Below, piece by piece: positions 36,601 to 50,000 of a stretch of DNA of 64,000 bases. Source of the stretch: Lepidodermella squamata (lineage: Eukaryota; Animalia; Gastrotricha); the NCBI GenBank assembly GCA_047495785.1, contig JBLDXI010000024.1, forward strand, positions 4,588,001-4,652,000. Reading direction: 5' to 3'. The notes under the pieces are model-generated. The model was not told the origin of the DNA. It did no database searches and saw only the letters and a list, made by a program, of their open reading frames with translations. Positions within the stretch are counted from its first letter, which is position 1. Each line of letters opens with the position of its first letter. The position numbers were made by a program, and so were the translations under genes.

Positions 36601-39600
36601 CATGGCGCCTTGAGAATGAATTTTGATTCAAAAACTGAGCTCAGAGTTGTAATTCCAAGTGCTGCGCTGAATTCATACATCAAGTTGAAGTCCTCTTCTG
36701 ATGCCATCATTCAGAAGAACTCCTTCACCCTGAGTGCTTTTGCAAAGAAGAACTTGACCAGATATTCGCCTTTGGACGATCTACCAGCATCTGTTTGTGA
36801 AATGCAAAGGTGTTATGGGTACCACATGCGAATTGGTTTCGCCTCGGAAGATCAAATCATCGGATCCAGAAGACGGCGTGATGTGAGCTCGAATTCATCT
36901 TCAGACGATTTCGAACTGGATTCAGACTCCACTGAATCAAGAGTTTCCTTCAAGTCATCTTACTTCGGAGATTTCGGAGCCGATTTGTTGATCTCGCCCA
37001 ACACGATTCAGTTCTCGGAAATCTTCTCCAACTTCTCGTCTCTTCTAGCCGATAATGCTTTTGTCTTCGCTTTTATGATCGTTTGCGTTGTTGGATTCCT
37101 AGCCGCTGTCGGGTTGACCGCTATGTCGGATCGAGCTGATCTCAAGGATTGGGCCTTCATGCCGCTGTTGAGCAACAAACCGCATCAAGAATACACATAC
37201 TTGATTTCAATCGACTACTACAAGGTGAAGAGGTACGAGTTACAACCCCTAGTCTTCATTCGACTAATTGGAGAAGGCTGTGAGACATCATTCCGGCAGC
37301 TACACGATGGCATGCGCAGAAACTTTGCTGGCAAGGTTCCAGGCAATTTTGCAGTCACAACAGCCTTCCCAGTCGAGTATATCGACGCCGTTGAACTCGA
37401 GATAGTTAGCAATCCCTGGCCAGCCGGTAGCCGCCCATTCCAAATTTACATGGACAAAGTTGTCATCGTGGATGCTGCGACTGGGAAAAAGTACATATTC
37501 CCTGTTCGTTCGACTATGGAATCTGGTGATCGTCGAAAGACTGATCTTGCGACTGAGGATGATATAAAAGGGTTCAGGTACTTGGTTAGCGGTCACTCAA
37601 GGACGGGAATAACTGACAACCATCCGTGGTTATCGATCATCAAGCGGCCTCTGCCCAGTAACTGGACTCGAGCTGAGAGGCTCTCCTGCGTTGTCTCAGC
37701 TTTATTCATGGCTATGCTGGTGAATTGCATGTTTTACGGCCAAGAGGGCTCTTCTCCTAGGATTGGGATTAACATCGGTGGCTTCTTTCGGATTTCATGG
37801 TTCACCTTCTACACAAGTCTAGCTAGTTGTATCATTATCATCCCACCAACCACTGTCATCGCTTTGATCTTCAAACGAGTCAAACGTCGCTCAGCCGAGA
37901 AAAGTAACTGGGTAACTATCTTCAATGCTGCAGTGAAAGATGGCGATGATGATGAAGATTTGAACAGTAACTCAGATAATTCGAAAAAGAAGAAGAAAAA
38001 GCCATTCCAACTGCCATTCTGGGCTGTGGGAATTGCGTGGTTTCGTGAGTTCTTCTAAAATGAATCTGTCTATTTTTAGTTCTTCTAACTATTACAGTCG
38101 TAGCCGCGTCAGTTGGTACTTCTGCATTCCTGGTTATCATGTACAGCCTCCAGTGGGGCCGTGAGAAGTCCTTGCAATGGCTTTCAAGCATGGGAATGCA
38201 TATTATTCAAGATGTTATCGTGGTTCAATCAATCAAAGTTTTGCTGGTTTCAGTCTTCACATCGTCTCTTCTGAAACTTCCCGACGATGGCATGGCGATG
38301 GGCAAGCTGGTCTACTCTCGATGTAAAATCATTCCCAATTTTTACCCATAACTTCAGCTTAAATTTTGGTTTTAGATAACAAATCTGAGAAAACGATAGT
38401 TTTTAAACGGATGAGGAATACGATAGCAGGAATAGCCCATCATATTGCTTACGTCATAGTTTTCGCATTGGTGATCGCGACCACTCAAAACACGTACCGA
38501 TTCCAAATTGTGAAAGACATTCGCCCATTGATATCATTCAACGGCGTGAATCAAGTGCTAGCACCTATAACAGACCATGGTAAAATTTTCGACTGGCTTG
38601 GCAACAAAGTTATGCCAAACTTCCTGAACGGAAATCAACTGAATTACGGCGGCGTCTTCAATCTGAAGAACATTTATGTCGTGCCTAACCATGATGTTGT
38701 AATAGTCGGCCCGATAAGGATCAGACAGCAACGAGTTGTGGCTAGCCCTTGTGCAATTTCAAAAGCGACTGTACCGTCCTACGTAGCTCGGTATCTCAAA
38801 CATTTGGCTGCTGCAGACTCTGCTTGTCAGGGTCCGTATTCAAATGAAGCAGGGCTAGGATCTTCATCCGAGAATCGAGACTTCTCTTACGGCTGGGGCG
38901 CTCTCAATGGTACATTTGCTGACAAATCGAATGTGTCATCTGATGTCGCGCCGTGGATGTATCGGGAAGATTCAAACGGGTTTCCTTATTCCGGCTGGTC
39001 AGCTATTTACAAAACAGGGGGTTACTACGTGGACTTGCCATCAAAAATGTGGAAAGCCCAGCTTTTAGTTGCAAATCTGAAAGCTGGGAGATGGCTTGAT
39101 AACTCGACTTCCGTCCTCTTCGTCGATTTCGTCTTGTACAACTCACAAATCAATTTGTTTCTGGCTGTGAAAGTCGTATTCGAGGCTCTATCGGCCGGTG
39201 GGATGAACTACCACACAAGGGTTTACCCGTTACAACTTTATCAATACTCTGGGGCTAGCAGCATCCTGATCTTCATAATTCAAGGCATTTGGATAGTACT
39301 GCTGATATCCGAAACCATCAAAGCTGCGTATTCGATGAAGAAAGCTGGGCCGAAGCAGCATTTGAAGGATGGCTGGAATCTTTTAGAGCTAGTGTCGATA
39401 CTCATCGCCTACTGCATTGTCGGTCTATTCGCTGCAAGAATCTACAACATTATTAAAGTGATCGCCAGAATGCAGACTGATCGATCATCCCACACTAATC
39501 TCGACCTACTGGTCAATTGGGACGAGCTGATGGCTAACCTCTATGGATTGACCTTCTTCATGACCATGTTGTTATTCTTCCGAAATCTGAAGTTCAACAA

Positions 39601-40497
39601 GTACTGGTGCATGTTTTTGGCTACTTTATCGAAGGGGAGAAACGACCTGGTTACTTTCATTATCGTTTTCACGATCATCACAATGATGTTCTCTGGCCTG
39701 GGCTATTTAACTCTTGGAGCAACTCAGAGTCAGTTCAGATCGATAACAGCTTCGATAATGACGTTGCTTCAAAATGTTATTGGAGTAACTGGGAGTTTGA
39801 TCTCCCTCGGCGCTCAGTCTCGATTCATCATGATCTACTGCATCGCTTACTCATCGATTGTCATGTTTTTGGCTGTCCAGATTTTCATGACCATCATAAC
39901 AGTGACGTATGATCGCATCTCTGATGACGTTGAGAATAACACTGATTGGGACAAAGAGGTGTCAGAATACATGTCCGAAGAATGGAAAAAGTTAATAACC
40001 AGGAAGCAGGCAAAGAAAGCTGAAGAAATCGTCAATAACAGCTCATTCCCTGAACGTAAGTATGAAATTCATACCTTGAGGCTATTTTAATCACACGAAT
40101 ATTTTGTATAGTTGAAGTATCCCTGAATCGATTGTCGCACCACGTAGAAGCCGCTTCGAAAAATGCTCCGCTCATCGAGGAGGATAAACGAGTTGTATGC
40201 AACATTCGTTGGGCTGAGCAGTATCTCAGCCTAACGCGTGCGAAAACTGCAAATTGTGATGACAGACGAGCTGCAGCAATATCGACATTGGCGTCGGCTG
40301 AAGGCGGCGCAAGGCGTCCTAAAAAGCTACCATCAATGGAACCACTTTTCCGGATAAACAGCCGGGTGGCGGCGCCTACTACGATTTTCTCACGCGGTTC
40401 AGTGCGCATGACGTTTCGAAAACGGCCAAGTACAACTAATTTAATCTCCATTTATTGTTGCGTCTCAAACGCAATGGCACAAATGCTTGAATTCTAA
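27651..40497 (+). CDS. Polycystin-1-like receptor/channel, copy C (same architecture as B; 1-bp frameshift near 40350, ancestral stop at 40437-40439)
   Basis: ATG 27651 with signal peptide MRLLCFSLLFLINLRAAEG. Colinear exon for exon with copy B and highly similar. Confidence 0.87.
31872..32650. mobile_element. hAT-family MITE (779 bp) in an intron of copy C
   Basis: Perfect 16-bp TIRs CAGTGCTCCGCAAACT and perfect 8-bp TSD AGCTAGAT (31864-31871, 32651-32658). GCGGCCG subterminal repeats. The equivalent intron of copy B is only ~57 bp. Confidence 0.93.
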
Positions 40498-41053
40498 TAG
40501 AGACAGATTATCGTAGAATTGTTATACAATTGACTAATAAAAGATGAAGTAATGCTTTCGAAAGAAGTGGACAAAATCGTTCAATATTGGATGCTGCTAA
40601 TAAATGGTTTGTGGTAAATAACCTTGGTTAGCCATTTCTGTTCATTTTTGCCATCCAAGAAATGAATGAATTTCGGAGAGCCGGATCCTAAAATTTTTAG
40701 CCTGCGGCCATTCAGAATTTGTCAGCTGAACGTTTCTGATACGGTTTAGCTGGCGCGGTAATACGTTTTTGATGGAAAACCTCGAAACAAAAGACAACTG
40801 CCTCAATACATTCGAAATAGTAATGACCGTCGACCGTCCTACGGCCTTGAAATCGATAGCAAGTGTAATAAGCGAAGACTTTAGCTAATCAAATAATCAT
40901 GAGGCTTTTCGGCTCGATACACGTTTGTCGCGCTTGGTTGTTCGGTATCCATTGTTTCGTTGCGAAAGACAAAACAGATAAAGGCGACATTTGCTATTAA
41001 CTTCCTTCTTGTTTTACATGTCTTTTATCGAGAATGTTCAATATCTACAAGCA

Positions 41054-44000
41054 ATGTGGAATCGCGTCCTCTTAACGTCAATCATCCTACATTTGTCGCC
41101 TTGGGTAGTTGCCCGTAAGATTTGTTCATTGCGACATAAATCTGTTATTGAAGGGTTCATTTTTTACAGAGACATGTTACCCACCCTGCCAGAATGGCAA
41201 TTGCACAGCGACAAACACGTGCTCGTGCAACATTGGGTGGGGCGGAGCTCAATGCGAACAAGCAGCACCAACAAGTTTGCATCACCTGCTTAAGGCTACA
41301 TATTTTTAATTATTAATCATTCCAAACTTAGTTTGTACGAGCAGTGCTCAATGCGCTAATGGCGGGACTTGCTCGGAAAAGAACTGTTATTGCCCTGGTT
41401 CGTGGACAGGCCCAGCTTGCGCAGACACAGGTTTGTTTTTGCATTTTATAGGGTTTCGCCAATCATTCTGAACCCGATATAGGAACTGTCATGTGTCACC
41501 CAACTGGCTACGACTATCCATACTGCTACAACGGCGGCACCTGCACTTGGAGTGGATCAACAAGCGCTTGCTACTGCAGAAATGGATACACTGGGAAATA
41601 TTGTGAAACAGGTTTTTTCTCATATATCGATTCCCTTACATTATATTTTCTGTGTCTATCTTCATCCAGTTCTGTGTAGCCAACCTTGCCAAAACGGTGG
41701 CTCCTGTACTGCTACCGAAACGTGTAATTGCGTTGGAGGTTACACTGGGACTTACTGTAATACATTTTCTTGTGTGAGTCCGTGTCAAAATGGCGGAAGT
41801 TGTGTGGCTCCTAATACCTGTAGCTGCGTGGATGATTGGACTGGGCCAACTTGCAATATCTGTAAGTTACCAGCCAGCTAATTATATCTCATGAATCTTT
41901 CTTCTTTCAAGCTACTGCATGCCAGAACATCGATTTGCTGTCAAAGATCACAGAATGGGGTGGTTCAATCTTTGCTTCATCTGGAACTGGTGCCAACGCC
42001 GATGGGAATCTACCGCCTGGAACTTACTGGCAACCCTCTGGTTGGGAATACAATTTCTACATCGAGTTCGATTTCGGCCGTGAAATATCTGTCGGTATTA
42101 TCAAAACTGCTGCTGGATCAGTAACTGGATCTGGCTTCGGCTATTTGACCGGTTTTCACCTCACCTTCACCGTAAAATCATGGTTGGGCGAATTTTTCAT
42201 GCCAGTTTTGACAAATCAGTCGGATCCTGGGAGTTCAACGCGCGTTTTTACTACAACGCTCAATGGCAGTTCAGTAACGTACTTCCACACGACAACACTT
42301 TGCCCGGTGATTCGTACTAGAAGGCTGAGAGTCCACCCGCGAAATAGTAGTACATCCATTCAGAATTTGCGAATGCGATTCTTGCTGTATGGATGCACGT
42401 CGCAGGCTGGATGCACTGTGTGTTCTGCTGCGGGTTGTCAATGTCCAATTGGTTACATTAGCAACGATACGGCACTCAACCCATGGCCGCACTGTGGTAG
42501 GTTTTTCTCGTGAAAATCGACGAAAAAAGTGACTCCGTATCGATTTCAGACCAACTAACAATACCTCCCATCGATTGTGAGGACCTCGCGATGAGAGAAC
42601 CGTTCAGCCCAACTGGTGTTTACACATTATACCCATTTGGAGGAACGCCATTCAAGTTTTATTGCGATATGACGTCACTCGGTGGGGGCTGGACAGTATT
42701 TCAACGCCGTGTTTCCAATAGGGATTTCAATCGCAATTGGACTAGCTATCAGAATTTTTTCGGCGTCATAGACGACAGTTTCTGGCTCGGCTTGAATAGG
42801 CTGTCATTGCTAACCTATACGACTGATAACTACTATCGCCAGGTCATCATGACTTCTGACCTTGATTTCAACCTCAACGGCTTTCAAACATGGACCGGGC
42901 TGAACATAGCTCCAGGATGGCAGAATTACACTTATAACGCCATGGGCATGGGTCCAGGCAATTTAGGCAACAGCTTGTGGTTCGCTCAAGGGCGGCAATT
43001 CAGCACATTTGATGCCGACAACGATGTCGTAGCCGGGGCTAATTGTGCAGCGCAAAACAAAGGAGGTTGGTGGTATGGCAACACATGCTCAGCTCCAAGC
43101 TTGAACGGGTTCGAGCTTAAGCTGAAAATAGTTAAATTTTTGCGTTGAAATTCTTGACAGAGTTTACGGCTCAACGACAGCGTATCAAGGTGTAAACTGG
43201 GACCCCTTCAGGCCGGCTATCGAGTCTCTTAGGAACGTGCAAATGATGTTAAAACGGCACACTGGCTATTACACTGGTGTTCCAGGTATTGCTGAATAAG
43301 AAATCATCAACAGAAATACTGAATCTCCTCTTTCCAGGTGTCGCCCTCACCTACACCCATCCAGCAGATTGTGCGGATATAGCGATTAACATGCCTCATG
43401 CGCGAAGTGGTGTCTATACCATCTATCCCCCTGATGGCAACTCGGTTCAGACTTACTGTGAGATGGCATCTCTTGGTGGCGGATGGACAGTGATTCAGCG
43501 AAATTACGCTGGCTCAGGCGTTAGCTTCAACCAAACAAACCAGGCTTACAAATCAGGCTTCGGCGACCTTAATACTGCGTTCTACCTTGGCAATGATGCT
43601 ATCCAACTGTTAACTACAGCCGGGCCGCAGTTTCAGCTGGCCGTCATATTGGAGTATACTAATGGAAACTTCCGGACAGCGAGGTATAAAAAGTTCGCAC
43701 TTCTTAACAAGGAGTTCAAGTTGGATGTGGCTGATTACAACTGGCTAAATGATATGGAAACGCCGGGAGATTCACTACTGTCTCATGACAGTAAAAAGTT
43801 TGACGTCATTCCTAACCGACCTGGTGGGTGGTGGTTCAAAACATGTACCAATGGATCATGTCTCGATTCCAACTTGAACGGCGACGCTCTGAACAACAAT
43901 TTCGAACAAGGCATAGTTTGGTCGTCGTGGAAGGGCAGAACCGACTCGATAAAGAGCAGTGTTATGATGATTAAGCCATTGAAGTTGAAGCCGTACGACT

Positions 44001-47000
44001 GCCTGGACATTTTCAACTACGACAATACATCCGTTGACGGACTTTACTGGATTTACCCGATCGGAATGAAAGCCTTTCAAGTCTATTGTACCTTCCAAAC
44101 TCCGGCCTATATTACCATGCCGCCATATGATTATCGCGGAATCACAGTAAGTAATTATCAGGGAAAATTGCAAAACTTCTCAAATTTCTCCTATATTAGA
44201 TAATCCAAAAGAGATTGACAGGAAACGTCAATTTTTCGAGAGGCTGGCAGGATTATAAATGGGGCTTTCCTACCCAACTCACCGCGAACGGCGATTATTG
44301 GCTTGGTATGTTGAGACACCACTTGAATCTCTGCTAATTTTCCCAATTTTACCAAGGGTTGGAGTACATATATCAATTAACTCGGCGAACATGCACTGAT
44401 TTGTTCATTTTTACGACTGATCCTGTCACTGCAACTCCAGGGGTAGCGCATTGGCGAGATTTCAAAGTTTTCGGCGAAGACACTGGCTACAAGCTGTATC
44501 TAGACCCCGGCTATTTTGATGCCTCCTCTAACACAGGTAAAATTGTCTTTTTCTTCTGTTGAAGCAGTTTCTGAAGTCTTCCCACAGTCGATTCGATGGA
44601 CGTCCATCATAACATGCCATTTTCGACATTTGACAATGGCTCGGCATCCGCCTGCTTCGGCCCTGGAGCTGCGAAAAGCGAGGGTGGTTGGTGGATGCCG
44701 ACGACTTGTGGCTACAAAGCGAATCTTAACAACGTATGGGGTGCAACAGTAACTCCAAAAGCGATGGCCTACCAAGGATATCGGGCCTTGAATTGGTCTA
44801 TGGCGTCTTCAATGATCGGAATTCGCAGGCGGAGTAAGTTTGACTATTGAAAATTGTTTCCACGTTGATGAGTTTTTCGTGTTCAGTATCTGGCAACGCT
44901 TGCAAACTTCCTTACATGGGCTCAACAAATATTGAAACCGATGTATTCGCCCATACTCGAGAAGTTCCAGGTCGTTGGGTTTCTGGCGACCATTGGCGAA
45001 TGCGACTCTCAAATTATGGTTATTTGTTTGCGAACGAAGACCCGGTAGCAGTAGGCAAGTTTTAGCGGCCGCATTTTAGTATAATTTTAATTCTGAAATT
45101 TTTAAAGCTTGGAATACCCAGCAAGACTGCTCTTACTACCAACAACAACAACCAGCCTACCTGAAATTCGTTTCCGGGGTGTTCAGCAATTTTTCAGCCG
45201 GAGGCTTTACTGGCCCGGTATTTTGTGATCAAGAAACAATGGGTAATTATTCATATCTGATATTCAACTCGGGGTATTACATTTTTAATCATAGGCGGTG
45301 GCTGGGTGCTGATCCAGCGTCGAGTTGATAACAGCGTGTCATTCCTGCAAGATTACAACACTTACGTTGACGGGTTTGGATCCCCAACCGGGAATTACTG
45401 GCTCGGTCTTGAGGCCATGAGAAGAATAACGGCAACCGCGACTCATGAAGTGCTTTTCGAAGTTCGAGGTCCAGATGGTTACGCCTTCTCAAGTGCAACC
45501 ACATTCTACAACTGGATGCCAGCATACGGCTTTGCAATTACTGGATATCAAGCCTGTTCAACCGGTGGCAATTTCATCACTCCAATGGATAAGAAATCGT
45601 TTCGAATCGATCCTTGCAATACCGGGGGTTGGTGGTTCCAGCAAACTTGCAACAGCTCTGCGGTCCATTCGAACCTCAACGCGCCTTATGACGGAGTTGG
45701 AACAGGCGGAATTTACACGTCAACTTACAGTGGAAGTCTATTGAACCTTCAATGGACCGAGATCAAAATGAGACGCGCAGCACCACGGGGCCGTTACGTT
45801 GTAGCGAAGGGATTCCGTTGCACCTTGGGAACAAATACGACAAAGGTCGTCAGTTCAGTGATTGATTGCCTGAACCTATGCACAAATTCAGCAACGTGTC
45901 AAAGCGCCTCTATTACTGGAAATGTTTGCGACCTTCGAACTTCAGCCTGCGCGGCTGGGGCAGCTCAAGGCACAGTGAATGCCCTTTACGATACTTACTA
46001 CCGAATGGATGGATGCACCTACTTCCCGACATGTGGACCCCCGCCAGCTATGGGCTGGACGAGCCTTGAAATCGTCGGAATGCCTACGATCATGTCCGTT
46101 AATTACACTTGCCTGCCTGGTTATACGAACTCGCTCAGCGCGGATACCTGGAAAGTTCTCACCTGCAACGCGACCACGAAACGCTGGACCGGTGACTGGC
46201 TGAAATGCCAGACGTTGTGTGGAGTTTACCCAGATTTTTCGGACAGTAACGTCACTCGCTTGTCTACAGTTGATACGAATAACGGTGTGATAACCCTGTC
46301 GTACCAGTGCATACCAGGTTTCGCTCTGGTTCAGGGCGATTTGACCCAAGTCTGCGGTCCGATTTACGGTAGCTGGCAGGGAAATGCTCCTATTTGCCAA
46401 AATATCACTTGTTCCCAACCGCCTGTGTTTCCGAATACGACTAACAACTTCACTGTTCCTGTTGTAATCCCAGCAAACCAGCGTAACATTGGAAATACAG
46501 TCTGGGAGTATAAATGTGCGGCTGGTTACGTGTTCAATAACACGCTGAAAGCTACAGCAACTTTGACGTGCGATATCGTCACGACTAACTGGCTGGGTGT
46601 TGTTGGGACATGCATAGCAGATTGTTCTAGTTTGGGAGGCTGTAAAAATGGCGGGTCTTGCCTTTTGCCTGGTCAATGCACTTGCGCAGCTGGTTGGAAA
46701 GGAGTTGATTGCACATTGCGTAAGTCACTTTTCCCTGCAGATCGGAACTTCACATTATGAGGATCTAGCGACTATCTAATAAATTTATTCGAACATATTG
46801 CATTATGCGAAGCTATTTATGTCTTCATATTTTGAACATTTCCAGCGGACTGTTCGGCGATTGGTGGCTGTTCTAACGGTGGAAGTTGCGTTTCCCCCAA
46901 TTTCTGCACGTGTGCTAACGGATGGCTGGGCGCCTCCTGCACCACACGTAAGTCAACACTGAACATTGGTTTGATTTGCGACAATCAACGAATATATTCA

Positions 47001-50000
47001 GCTGATTGCTCATCCTTTGCTAACTGCTCGAGTCATGGTACTTGCACGAATCCCAACACCTGCTCGTGTACTGCAGGCTGGATCACCCCTAACTGCGGTA
47101 CTCGTAAGTAAACATAGTTTGCAGTTAACAGGATTGTCTGACCTCGACGTTTATATTGTAAATGGCACCATATTTTTGACGTTGCTAAAAGCTGTTTACC
47201 CAGTTTCCAGCATCTTTTTACAGTTCTTGATTCTTGAATGCCCCATTTTTTCTCAGCCGACTGCTCATCGATTGGTGGCTGTTTGAATGGTGGCAGCTGC
47301 GTTTCGCCCAATGTTTGCTCCTGTGCGAGTGGATGGCTGGGCGCCTCCTGCACCATACGTTAGTCTATGGAAATTATTGCTTTCAGTTGATTGCGTATTC
47401 TGAACTGTATAGCTGATTGCTCATCCGTTGCTAACTGTTCAAGCCATGGCACATGCACTAATCCTAACATCTGCTCATGTACTTCTGGCTGGATCACCCC
47501 TAACTGCGGAACTCGTAAGTATCCTCATTTTTAATGAAAAGTCGATATCGCTCATCCATCAATACTCCATAATAGTGGTAGTGTTTAGGATGGTTGACAG
47601 TTTCTGCTATCACTAAAACCATTAATTACTCCTTTTTCAACAGCTGATTGTTCTTCGCTTGGCGGTTGTAAAAACGGTGGATCTTGCACTCAGCCAAACG
47701 TATGCACATGTACTGCGGGATGGATTAGTGCCGACTGCACAACAGGTTTTTGCCCTTTTAATGCCGTTTTCATTTTTTTCGATATCAAAACTTTGTTTTC
47801 AGCAACCTGCTATACATTGGCAAATTGTTCAAGCCACGGCACGTGTATCTCTGCTAATGCTTGCTCTTGCACCGCCGGCTGGACTGGAAGTAACTGCGCT
47901 AATCCAGACTGTTCTTCGCTCGGCGGTTGTAAAAACGGAGGATCTTGTACCCAGCCTAACCAATGCACATGTACTGCGGGATGGAATGGTGTCGATTGCT
48001 CAACAGGTATTTTCCTTATAAACACCTTACCCCAATCGTTACGTGTTTCTTGCTGGTAAAATGCAAAAATCATAAATTTTCCGCAAGCATGTTTCATAAT
48101 CTTATTATAATATACAACTGGATGTTTACCTGCGTGAAACAAATGTGGCAGCAAAGAAATTTCGTTTTCGTTATCAAAATATACAACTCTATTTTAAGCG
48201 AATTGCTCGGGATTGGCAAATTGTTCGAGTCATGGTACCTGTATTTCTCCGAACACTTGCTCCTGCTCGGCCGGATGGAATGGAATTAATTGCGCAAATC
48301 CAGTCTGCACTTCGATCGGTGGTTGTAAAAATGGCGGTTCCTGCACTCAGCCTAGCGTATGCACATGCAATGCAGGATGGGGTGGTGTTGATTGCTCGAC
48401 AGGTTTCTTCCGTATAATCAACAAAATTACTTAGTGTTTCGTCTTCATCTTTAATTTTAGCAACCTGCTATACCCTGGCGAATTGTTCAAGCCATGGCAC
48501 TTGTATTTCTGCGAATACTTGTTCTTGCACCGCCGGCTGGAATGGAATTAATTGCGCTAATCCGGACTGTTCTTCGATCGGTGGTTGTCTCAATGGTGGC
48601 TCATGTACCGCGCCAAATTCCTGTAGTTGTGCATCTAATTGGACTGGCGCAAACTGCGGAACAGGTTAGTTATGAAACAATTTATTTTAGCTTTTTTACT
48701 TTTTACCGATGCTACAGTAAACAAATTGAGGTGAGTGAAAGATAGAAGTATAGATGATAGAAGTTTCGATTAACGTCATTGCTGATCATTTCTTGCACAG
48801 AATTTATGATTTATAAGACAAAGAATCCCTCCCATTTGATTTCAATGTTATTCGTACATAGCTGCTACGGCTACAGCGTTGGTATCAAGCACTACGCCCC
48901 AAACAACCGTAGCAACAACCACAGTACCACTACCAACAAACCTAACAATCGCGAATTTGACGGTCGCTGTGAAGTTGCCCGATCAAGTCCTCATCAGCAA
49001 CGTTAATGCGCTGAATAAACTTGCAGAAGAAGCAACAACAGCGATAACAAACTCCACATCTGAAGCCAGTCTAGCGGATAGTGCGGTTCGTAATATGCTT
49101 CTTGAGCGTCACAACTAATGATGTTGTTGCTATAGCAAACATTTCTAGCTTTATCCGCTGAGATGGTTAGTCGCTATCAAAAGCTGGCGGCTTCTCTGTC
49201 AACTGAAACGATTATTGCTGTTACGCAAAGTAAATTCATCTACCTTTTTCAATTTCTCACATATAATAAAATTTACAGCTTATTCGGAGTCAACGAGCTC
49301 GGTCCTCTCAGAGGTTGTAGATCGTGATTTGATCCCCTCCCCAGAAAACCCAGCAATCATCCTCCCGGCAACATCAATAAAATGCAAGGCAGATACGTTT
49401 GAATCAGAGGCCTTGGTTGTCAAGCCTCCAAAAGTTGAACTTTCCACACCTCAAACCGAGAAGCTGTACTCTGACTTCAGAAGTATGCTAGAAGCCATGG
49501 CATCCATGGTCAAAAATGCACTAGCTGTGGGCAAAGACTACAGCTTCAATGGAACGTTTTTCTCCGTGGTCATCGCCAATATTCAAGCCTCGAAGCTCTC
49601 AGGATTGAAGCTGAACACAAATTTAGCAGCTGCTGAGTTCCCGACAGCTGGGACTTTGTCTGCTTTTCTGGACAACCCGCCATCGACTCTAGCAGATACT
49701 AGCAAGATCTCAGTTGTTCTAACCGGCTACATTTCCAACATATTCGATATGACGAAACCTTTCAACATGCCAACGATTTCGGTAAATGTCTTTTTCGGAG
49801 GATCAAAGCTTGCCCTAAACAAGAAATATCGAGTTCGGTTGTCAGGGTATCCTCTCGTCAACAAAGCAAGACAGCTGTCGACGGATAAAGTTGAGTCTCA
49901 GTGCGATGTTAGCAAGGTGAAATGCGACATCACGAGTAATGCCGACAAACTTGGATCTTTGGCTCGTTTCCCGGTCTCTGTAGACGCTGGCGATTTCGTG

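Noticed and set aside
46600-48700. CRISPR-like or satellite periodicity
   Set aside because: The repeats are coding EGF exons separated by introns in a eukaryotic gene.
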